From contig NIVC01000260.1 of assembly GCA_002269645.1 (NCBI GenBank), positions 1-64,000 of the forward strand: DNA of 64,000 bases, in the 5' to 3' direction. This document shows, in pieces, positions 11,391 through 27,966 of this stretch. The translations under genes were made by a program, and so were the position numbers. The notes beneath the pieces were generated by a model. The model had not been told where the DNA came from. It worked only from the letters and a program-made list of their open reading frames with translations, and made no database searches. Each line of letters begins with the position of its first letter. Positions within the stretch are counted from its first letter, which is position 1. The DNA comes from Macrostomum lignano. Taxonomy: Eukaryota.

Positions 11391-12364
11391 CTATTCGAGA
11401 TCTGCTTTTGGTAATAGCAATCCATTGCCCATAACGTTTGAATTTAAGAAAATTCCTGAACCTGCTTTTGGTCGCATTTCGAGATATAATCCGCTTCCGT
11501 CGTGTTTTTCAATGATATTAAAATCTTTTCCTAACTTAGTAAAAATCTTCTGAACTGCTGGCCTAAAATTGGATCCAATATTGTCAAAAAATCCTTTAGC
11601 TTTCTCACCCGTTTTTTCTAAAGTTTGGCCAAATTCATGTAGTTTATCTGCGACAACTCCACTTCCTTGGGTTGTTCCTTTTAGTACCAAACCACTGCCA
11701 TTTAACAGTAAACCTTTTCCGGCTGCTAACTTAGCTTCTGCATTTCTTTTTTGCTCTGCTGTTGCTGAACTACTATTAATGGTATCAATAAGTTTCTGTT
11801 TGAATTGTGCGTCCTGTGTTATTTGCTGTCTTTGAAATTCTGCATCTCGTTTAGCTTTTTCATCCGCAGCTTTTTTATCATTTACTGCTTTTGTGATTCC
11901 AGCTGCGCCCCCTGCTATTCCACCAGCTGCTCCTATTCCTGCAAAAATTATTGGTAATAAAGTTGCTAATGGCAATATTCCTCCTTGTTTTGCTTTTAAT
12001 TCTGCTAGCTGTTTTCGGTTATCATGAATTCTTTTACCTGCTAAACCGGCTGCTCCAGCTGCTCCGAGGCCTAAAAGAATTGGTAAAATAGGTAACAATC
12101 CACCATCTTTTTAGTGTGAGTCTCCAATAAAAATTTTACATCGGAGTCTGTCAACCTATAATTTCTACCATGATTCTTAAAGGATATTGGCCTTCCTTCT
12201 TGTGCATATTTTGCAGCAAGTTTAAATGTATCGATATCGTAGTCAAGTTTTTTACCTAAACGATCCAATCTTTTTAACATTGTGTGGCTATGTTTATTAT
12301 CATCTAGATCTAAAGTATCTACAATTTCTCCTATAAAATATAAGCGGTCGTTATCTGTGTCCAT
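11391..12364 (-). CDS. Putative virion core/membrane-lytic protein with adenain cleavage motifs (one frameshift ~12110)
   Basis: One extra A joins ..THTKK to DGGLLPILPILLGLG. KQGGILPLATLLPIIFAGIGAAGGIAGGAAGITKAVN and GSGLYL-type repeats are typical of Maverick structural proteins. Confidence 0.75.
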
Positions 12365-12374
12365 TTTTATATTG

Positions 12375-12773
12375 TTAAAATTTCTTTAATCCTTTTCCGC
12401 CTTTAATTGTGGTTAACATTTTATTAAAATCCTGAATATCTTTATTACTTATTGGCGCGCTTTTCGTGGGGGTTTCTGTTGGTTGTGCGGCTTTTGCCAG
12501 CTTTAAATCTTTTATTGCATTTATTTGTGAGAGGGTGTCGTTAAAATCTCTCAATTTCTTTAGTTCTTCTGCCGCTCTAGCTGCTTCAATTCCTCCTTTT
12601 ACAGCATTTGTTATAGAACCTGCTGCGGAGCCAGCTTGCCCTATAAGCCCCATATTGTCTTTAACAAAATTTGCTGCTGTTCCAACCACATCAAAAAGCC
12701 CCTCACCTCGGTATTCAACTGGGTCTCCTACCTGCAATTCATTCAGATTTTGCATATGTGTAACGTGTGTCAT
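12375..12773 (-). CDS. Putative virion core protein (pVI/pVII-like)
   Basis: Likely start MTHVTH at 12773 (AAAAAATG); YRGEG-LFDVV amphipathic segment; ends KGGKGLKKF. Confidence 0.65.
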   Translation of the reverse strand: MTHVTHMQNLNELQVGDPVEYRGEGLFDVVGTAANFVKDNMGLIGQAGSAAGSITNAVKGGIEAARAAEELKKLRDFNDTLSQINAIKDLKLAKAAQPTETPTKSAPISNKDIQDFNKMLTTIKGGKGLKKF

Positions 12774-12812
12774 TTTTTGTTCTATTTTTAGTAACAGAAA
12801 AAAGATTGTCTG

Positions 12813-12910
12813 CATTCCATTTGGACCAGATTTTAGACCAAATTTTTGAAAACGAAAACCAAAACGATAGTCTAGTTTTGTTTGGTCTAAAATCTGGTCT
12901 AAATGGAATG
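12813..12910. repeat. Inverted repeat, 30-bp arms (1 mismatch), 38-nt spacer
   Basis: CATTCCATTTGGACCAGATTTTAGACCAAA (12813-12842) pairs with TTTGGTCTAAAATCTGGTCTAAATGGAATG (12881-12910). Confidence 0.95.
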
Positions 12911-12995
12911 TTGGGTGGGTAGGTGAGCTGACTATAAATAGCTTCTATTCTTTCCGACCCTTCGCGCCTGCGGCGCGGGCAAGGGGTTATAGAGT

Positions 12996-13252
12996 AGTAG
13001 TATAGAAAAAGACGCTTCTAGATCAGACCTTATTTTAATGGCCGTTTGTAAGGTCTTAAGAGGGGGGACGCGAGGGGGGTGTTGGGGAGTGTTTGGAAGT
13101 GATTTTTATTGTTAGGGGTTTTTTAGATGTCTTTTTGTGTTAATGGTGATTAGATGTGTTTTTTTATTTACCCCCCGTGTCCCCCCTCTAGACCCTTAAA
13201 ACGGTCATTAAAAAAGTGCTCTGGGTCTAGAAGCGTCTTTTTCTATACTACT
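12996..13252. repeat. Polinton terminal region with internal inverted copy of the terminus
   Basis: AGTAGTATAGAAAAAGACGCTTCTAGA (12996-13022) is the exact reverse complement of 13226-13252; imperfect pairing extends to ~85-bp arms. Confidence 0.92.
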
Positions 13253-13436
13253 AGTGAGTGAGTGAGTGAGTGAGTGAGTGAGTGAGTGAGTGAGTGATTG
13301 AGTGAGTGAGTTAGTGAGTGAGTGAGTGAGTGAGTGAGTTAGTGAGTGAGTGAGTGAGTGAGTGAGTGAGTGAGTGAGTGAGTGAGTGAGCGAGCGAGTG
13401 AATGAGTGAGTGAGTGAGTGTGTGAGCGGTGAGTGA
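13253..13436. repeat. (AGTG)n microsatellite
   Basis: Seen directly. Confidence 0.98.
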
Positions 13437-13913
13437 GGTATTACTTTAAATGACAGCTACATGCACTAAACTCACATGTTCTCAAATTAAAAGCCGATCT
13501 TGAGCTTGGAAGTTGCAGCAAAATTCTACTTTTCAACTTAATTCCTGCGCAGAGATTCACAGCTGACTCAATATGAGACTGCATATGAGACCCGCAGCGC
13601 AGTACCGACTTGCCAATCGCTTAAGGCAATTTTTATAATTCAGTTGGCTGCAAAAAGACCTCTGAGCTTAGCACACAGTGGAGTTTGGTTAGCAATGTAT
13701 GCATATAGAGACATGTATGCCCCTGTTTGTTTGCATGGGGTAAACAACCTGTCGTCAGGTACCCGTGTACAAACTCTGCATTGAGCGTCTGTTTGGAACT
13801 GGCTGTTTGCACTGCTGTTTCATAACTAACTGGGCATAACTAACTTATGACCTCATTGCCACTTCAGTATGCGAACTACATGTAGCTGCCTTTGCTTACA
13901 GGCATCCCAGCCT

Positions 13914-14496
13914 GCCTGAATCTCATCCTGAATCTCATGTGCAGGATTGTCCCAGCCTGCCTGAATCTAAAGTTGCCTGAATCTCAAGTTTCCTGAATCT
14001 CAAGTTGCCTGAATCTCAGTTGCCTGAATCTCAGTTGCCTGAATCTCAAGTTTCCTGAATCTCAAGTTGCCTGATCAATCTCAAGTTGCCTGAATCTCAG
14101 TTGCCTGAATCTCAAGTGCCTGAATCTCAAGTAGCCTGAATCTCAAGTAGCCTGAATCTCAAGTAGCCTGAATCTCAAGTAGCCTGAATCTCAAGTAGCC
14201 TGAATCTCAAGTAGCCTGAATCTCAAGTAGCCTGAATCTCAAGTTGCCTGAATCTCAAGTTGCTTGAATCTCAAGTTGCCTGAATCTCAAGTTTCCTGAA
14301 GCTTGAGTTGCCTGAATCTCAAGTAGCCTGAATCTCAAGTTGCCTGAATCTCAAGTTGCCTGAATCTCAAGTCGCCTGAATCTCAAGTTGCCTGAATCTC
14401 AAGTTTCCTGAATCTCAAGTTTCCTGAAGCTTGAGTTGCCTGAATCTCAAGTTGCCTGAATCCCAAGTTGCCTGAATCTCAAGTCGCCTGAATCTC
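13914..14496. repeat. 16-bp minisatellite CCTGAATCTCAAGT(T/A)G
   Basis: Seen directly. Confidence 0.95.
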
Positions 14497-14679
14497 CAAA
14501 TGCATATAAACCAGAGCTTGCCTCCCCCCAAGAAAACAACAGGAAATGTCTAACTTGAGAATACTTTAGCGGGGCCTGTGGCATAATGACGTCACCACAC
14601 AGACACCCCATTGTTGCTCTGTCAAAGTTCTCCCAGAGACACTAGGTGTACTACTTGTGTATTTCTGTTGCTGCTTTTG

Positions 14680-14934
14680 TCATTCAAAATTTGCAAATAG
14701 AGAAAATGGTGCCGCTGAAAGAGAGACAGAGTTGGGGAGGCGGTGGCCGAGGGACAGGTGTGGCGGAAACAATGATACACGGCTTAAATTAAATTGGTGC
14801 ACGCGTCGGGGAACCCATTTATTATACTCGTTATTATTATTTGTGTTAGCTTCAATAGCGCCGAGACCAGCAAGCAAAATAGTTAATAAAAAAACGTTAA
14901 TTACGAAAATCGCATATCGTATAAATGCCGGCAT
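14680..14934 (-). CDS. Possible first exon or short gene for a secreted peptide
   Basis: ATG followed by hydrophobic MPAFIRYAIFVINVFLLTILLAGLGAIEA (signal-peptide-like); no homology recognised. Confidence 0.3.
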   Translation of the reverse strand: MPAFIRYAIFVINVFLLTILLAGLGAIEANTNNNNEYNKWVPRRVHQFNLSRVSLFPPHLSLGHRLPNSVSLSAAPFSLFANFE

Positions 14935-15112
14935 TCATGTTTACTTTTTTAATCTCGTCGCGATTTGCAATCGCTGATTGCTATTATGAGTAGAAAGGTG
15001 AGAGTAAATCAATTTTTTATCAATAAATCAAATAATGTTTATACCATGAAATGTGCAGATTGTATCGCTTTTATGGTCTGTACGAGCTGAATTTAATAAA
15101 CTCCGAAATCTC

Positions 15113-16065
15113 AAATTGGGGAATCCCATAATTCCATATTCATAAATTGGGGAATCCCATAATTCCATATTCATAAATTTGGAAATCCCATAATTCCATA
15201 TTCATAAATTGGGGAATCCCATAATTCCATATTTATAAATTGGGGAATCGCATAATTCCATATTCATAAATTGGGGAATCCCATAATTCCATATTCATAA
15301 ATTGGGGAATCCCATAATTCCATATTCATAAATTGGGGAATCGCATAATTCCATATTCATAAATTGGGGAATCCCATAATTCCATATTCATAAATTGGGG
15401 AATCCCATAATTCCATATTTATAAATTGGGGAATCCCATAATTCCATATTCATAAATTGGGGAATCACATAATTCCATATTTATAAATTATGGAATCCCA
15501 TAATTCCATATTCATAAATTGGGGAATCCCATAATTCCATATTCATAAATTGTGGAATCCCATAATTCCATATTCATAAATTGGGGAATCACATAATTCC
15601 ATATTCATAAATTGGGGAATCCCATAATTCCATATTCATAAATTGGGGAATCACATAATTCCATATTCATAAATTGGGGAATCACATAATTCCATATTCA
15701 TAAATTGGGGAATCCCGTAATTCCATATTTATAAATTGGGGAATCGCATAATTCCATATTCATAAATTGGGGAATCGCATAATTCCATATTCATAAATTG
15801 GGGAATCACATAATTCCATATTCATAAATTGGGGAATCACATAATTCCATATTCATAAATTGGGGAATCCCGTAATTCCATATTTATAAATTGGGGAATC
15901 ACATAATTCCATATTCATAAATTGGGGAATCACATAATTCCATATTCATAAATTGGGGAATCGCATAATTCCATATTTATAAATTAGGGAATCCCAAAAT
16001 TACATGTTCATAAAGAGGGGAATTCCATAAACATATTCATAAATTGAAGAATCCCATAATTCCAT
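15113..16065. repeat. 31-bp minisatellite ATAAATTGGGGAATCCCATAATTCCATATTC (~30 copies)
   Basis: Seen directly. Confidence 0.97.
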
Positions 16066-16478
16066 AATAAACTGTTACAATACCATAAAATGAACGCACC
16101 CGAACAGTTCCAGATTGCAATAAACTGGATACAGTGCCTCCGCACACAGAAGCAAAGAGTTAAAAGCAAAGATCAAAGCAGTAGTATCGATGGGTCAGGG
16201 TGCTCTGAATAACGCAACGGTGATGCGGCAAGCTAAAAACTGAGTTTACAGCAAAACAAATGAGAAATATAATCGTGGGAGTAAAACAGACAAACAAAAA
16301 ATGCCCATTGTCAAGCGACAAAGACCCAGCGCAGCTTTGTTGCCGAATGGCATGGGCGTTTAGTTACGATAATAAAAATATGCGGCGTAACTACATGTAC
16401 AGGTAATTTTTGTACACAACACAAAACAAAAGCAGATTGCAAGGTTGATGAATTATGAAGCATATTTGACAATATTTC

Positions 16479-23841
<7,363 letters not shown>

Positions 23842-24379
23842 GCTCGAATATCTTACTTGTCAATGAAAGTTAACTAGCACGAATGATGGTAACCAACTGC
23901 TCGAATGAGAGTGGGAAAGTGATAATGAAGATGACGGTGGCAGGCCTAAGCCTTCATAAAAATGGTCGCCGTACTACAAAGTTGGCATGGAAGTTCTCCG
24001 ACTCCGATATGATGACACCGTATTGAATCGATGATAGTTGGCGACCTCTAGCGGAGAAGCTGATGGCCGGCTGGACAGCGTTTCCACTTTCCAGGGTTCT
24101 ACCGGCTATCCAGGGCTCCGGATCAGACAATACAATCAACTCGTCTTCTCTAGTCGCTTCTCTTTTCCTCTCCTAGATCTTTGCCCGTTTGGGGAAGGCC
24201 AAGAGGAGAAAGCACAGTAAGGTTTTCTTAGTTAGACGGTCGGAATTTCCGATCTATAAACCATTGCACCGAAAAGTTGGCTAGCGTTGGCTAAATATGA
24301 GAGCAGAGCAGACCAGACACGAGAGGAGAGAGAGGGCCTTTTGGACTGAAAAGGCCACAGCCATAGCACATTTCCACGC

Positions 24380-24870
24380 AAGCAATGCGCCCACCCCAGC
24401 GCCAAAATTTTATCGGGCTGAGGGGGCTGGAAAGAGAGAGAGTCTTCTAACCGAGGGTTAGAAAGGCCTCGGTTGGAAAAGGGGTGGAAGAGTAAATGAC
24501 TAAGGCTTTAGTGGCGCATGCCCCTGGACGGCGGTCGGGCGACGGGTTTGAGGGGGGTTGGTTTGGTTTGGGCTTCCCCCGCAGTCACGTGACCAGTTGC
24601 CGCATTCTCATTGGCTAACATCGGACGTTGACGCGCGTATATGCATGCGTGGTAAGGGCTTGGCGTTTCCACTCGCTACGCGCGTGAAAGGGGTAGAGAA
24701 AGAGCAAAGAAAGGCATACCCGTCCCCCGCGCCGTCTGCCAACGTCACCAGTCGTTTTTGCCTTCCCTGTCCACTCCAGTCCCGACTCCCAGGGAGTCCC
24801 ACTCCCAGGTCGCAATTGATTCAAATCAAGTAGACGGGGGTGGGCGCGCCCGTCCCGTTCCGGTACTATT
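24380..24870 (-). promoter_or_regulatory. CpG-rich putative NLK promoter with palindromic E-box GTCACGTGAC (24584-24593) and a CCAAT box
   Basis: CpG-dense segment upstream of the NLK ATG; motifs are seen, function is inferred. Confidence 0.45.
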
Positions 24871-26072
24871 CCTCTCTATCTGCATGGTAATCATGGGATT
24901 GCAGTTGCAGACTGGCAGTCGCAAATTGTACTGCAATGGATGACGGTGTGGTGTGTCGGGTTAAGGAAATTTTCGGGACTAGAAAGAACGTAAAAGAGAA
25001 AGAAAACTGAAGCAGAGTTCAGCCCAATAATTACTTTGCCATTGGAGCGACCGTGAGAGAGTAGAGAACATGTAGGCTATAAAAGCTAACTATGGATGAA
25101 GTCAGGTCAGGGTTACCTCCATCTCTATATGTCATGTATGAGCTATTAGCATTATTTATTAGCGTAATAAAATTCATGCATGTGACCATGCATTTCTAGC
25201 CCTATGCGTTCCGTTCCTTTCAGACTCCAGATTTCCAACAAACTGTAGCATGTAGCTAAACATTCTGCAGTTAATATAGTACTAATACGAATCATATGAT
25301 ATTTTTCTTACCCATCTGTGTCCACCCTCGCGTGATATTCACATGTACGATGTACATGTACGTGTATAATTAATTGTACATGTATTAGATACAGAAAAGA
25401 CAACGGTCAAGAAGACGGGTAAGAATTAAGAAAGCCACTGCCAGTTCACGCAGATTTGCGAGCGCTATTCGTGACTTCGATGAAGATTCCGCGATGATTT
25501 AAGCTCGCTGTCCAACATATAAAGCGGATTTAGCAAAGGAAAATTCTAGACATCCGGAATCTGGGACAGTGCAACAGGGTTCCATCCAGTTCCAGGACTT
25601 TGTTAATTCCCCCAAGCAGGCCCCACAGTAGAAGTGGGAAGTAAGGGTCCTCGCGGGATTTCCCCAAGTTGTATAGATCAGTAGCTTCAAGAATCTTCTA
25701 ACTGGCTCTATATCCATTCATTCATCACGAGCTTCAGGTGCACACAGCAATATTGAAAACAAAGAAAGAGCAATATGAACTGGAACTGTCTGACCTGAAA
25801 TCAGGCCAAGAAGCTAACTTTCATGTGAGCGAGTATTAGCCGCTGACTATATAACTGGCTAATTACTGTGTATAGTTACTCGCATACTCGTACATGTATA
25901 CAGTAGCGAAAGTCTGAAGGACAAGAGAGCGCAGTTATAGCAGTTCTGCATTAACCGAAATTCAGTTATTTATTGCTTCAATTGACAACTGGGTGTACAG
26001 TAGGCATTTTTTATTGCGGATGGTTGCCAACAATGCGTGTACTAATAGTCTAATACATGTGAATGTGAAGCC

Positions 26073-26606
26073 AGGGTGTCTGAATGGGTGATGGTGTCAG
26101 GATGTTTAGATGGGTGTCAGGATGTTTAGATGGGTGTCAGGGTGTTAAGATTAAGATGGGTGTCAGGGTGTTTAGATGGGTGTCAGGGTGTTTAGATGGG
26201 TGTCAGGGTGTTTAGATGGGTGTCAGGGTGTTTAGATGGGTGTCAGGGTGTTTAGATGGGTGTCAGGGTGTTTAGATGGGTGTCAGGGTGTCTGGATGGG
26301 TGTCAGGGTGTCTGGATGGGTGTCAGGGTGTCTGGATGGGTGTCAGGGTGTCTGGATGGGTGTCAGGGTGTCTAGATGGGTGTCAGGGTGTCTAGATGGG
26401 TTTCAGGGTGTCTAGATGGGTGTCAGGGTGTCAGGGTGGGTGTCAGGGTGTCTAGATGGGTGTCAGGGTGTCTGGATGGGTGTCAGGGTGTCTGGATGGG
26501 TGTCAGGGTGTCTAGATGGGTGTCAGGGTGTCTAGATGGGTGTCAGGGTGTCTGGGCGGGTGTCAGGGTGTCTGGATGGGTGTTCAGGGTGTCTGGATGG
26601 GTGTCA
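26073..26606. repeat. 20-bp minisatellite GGGTGTCAGGGTGT(T/C)T(A/G)GAT
   Basis: Seen directly. Confidence 0.97.
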
Positions 26607-27234
26607 ATGTGCAAATAAGGGGTGTCATACGCCCAACGCCACAATTCTCAATATGTACAATGTAAGAGCTAAGCGAAGCATTACATTTTTAATTATCTAC
26701 ACATTGATAGCTATAAAAATTCTGATTGCAATTAGACAGAAAGACTGAAATTAAAAGTACATTTCGAATTCCGAAATAAAGTAAGCCGGCCGTTTTCCTT
26801 GACTAACTGTGCACTATTAAGACATTCGGTACGATTTGGGCGCAAACTGGCATTTCAACGGGTAAAAAATGACTAGCCCACAGCACCGGAAAAACTGCTG
26901 ACACGATTCTAACCCCACCCTAATACTTTGCATGAAATGCTGTGTAATACACACATGTGCAATTGCAATCTAAGGAATTTAGTACCGCACAAATTTCCCT
27001 AACCTGCACTATTTAGTTTTATTTCCCGTTTTGAGTGTTAGGGTAAGGGAGTATAGTGACGACGGCGCTAACATAAGGAGTTAATAATGATTTATATGCT
27101 ACTGCTACTCTAGAAAATCGGATTCTTTTCAATCCGTACAAACTAGCTCATATTAAAAAGTTGTTTAAAGCAAACAAAGAAGACTAAACCTATGCGTGTA
27201 TATATATAGCCAACTCAGACGCCACCGTACCGAG

Positions 27235-27307
27235 GTCCAAGTGGCCTAATGGATAAGGCGTCGGTTTCCGGAGCCGAAGATTGTGGGTTCGAGTCCCATC
27301 TTGGACA
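27235..27307 (+). tRNA. tRNA-Arg(CCG)
   Basis: Acceptor GTCCAAG/CTTGGAC, D arm GCCT..AGGC, anticodon arm TCGGT-TTCCGGA-GCCGA, T arm GTGGG-TTCGAGT-CCCAT, T-run terminator at ~27310. Confidence 0.97.
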
Positions 27308-27966
27308 TATTTTTGCTTTTCTCGCAGTAAAACAGTTCGCAATTTAGATATTTTTTATTCGTTATATTATAAAGTTCACGGGCGCTTTTAATTATTTTTT
27401 ACCAGATGAAAAGCAGTCGAAAATTCGTTTACTAGACTTATTGTATTATCGTATTATTATTTCTAATCATGTATTCTGTAGTTATGTGTTTTTCGATACA
27501 TATCGGCAAAACCAAGAATAACCTAATTTACATCCGCAGCGCAGTGACTTAATTTTTTAAACAAAATCACATAAAATTAGCAGTCAGTTACCCGTAGGAA
27601 CAATTTTCAATTAAGTGAACTCGCGAAATAAGCTGTATTGAATATTTCAAACCATAAAAATCCAAATGTTGTGGTCGGCGTTTGTGTATTTTGTTACTTT
27701 GCATTCAAACAAAATTTACTATTTACACAACAGTAATAGTTAAATTAAACAAACGGATTTGGACAATAATTTCCAGCGCATAGTCATTAATTATAAACAC
27801 ACAGGCATTTTTTCATAATCTCAGAAGTGCCTAGAGTAATTTTAATAATTAAATAAAGCCATTGACAATTAATAATAAAAACAGACTAATTAACAAGATA
27901 AATACACGAATATATTAACTGCGAACTGCAATTAATTATTTATTTTATTTCCACGGTGTGGCATCT

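Larger units (their letters stand above)
1..13252. mobile_element. Polinton/Maverick (adintovirus-like, group 2/type B PolB) endogenous virus, right part; left end outside window
   Basis: AT-rich, intron-less, compact gene cluster: double-jelly-roll capsid, A32-like ATPase, minor capsid, adenain, fibre, pPolB. Terminus ...TTTTTCTATACTACT (5'-AGTAGT on minus strand) abuts host microsatellite. No integrase within the window. Confidence 0.95.

Noticed and set aside
1-13252. Retroviral-like integrase of the Polinton
   Set aside because: No DDE integrase motif found in this window; it may lie left of position 1, so absence cannot be claimed.
12993-13255. AGT on both sides of the 257-bp unit as a 3-bp target-site duplication
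   Set aside because: AGT is part of the terminal AGT triplet repeat and of the microsatellite, so it is uninformative.
13237-13256. Right end read on the minus strand as a CACTA transposon terminus (CACTAGTAGTATAGAAAAA)
   Set aside because: The CAC comes from the adjoining (AGTG)n repeat and the inner inverted copy lacks it. AGTAGT fits a Polinton end.
25499-25717. 72-aa ORF with several Cys/Trp
   Set aside because: No motif or splice structure in any frame that I could support.
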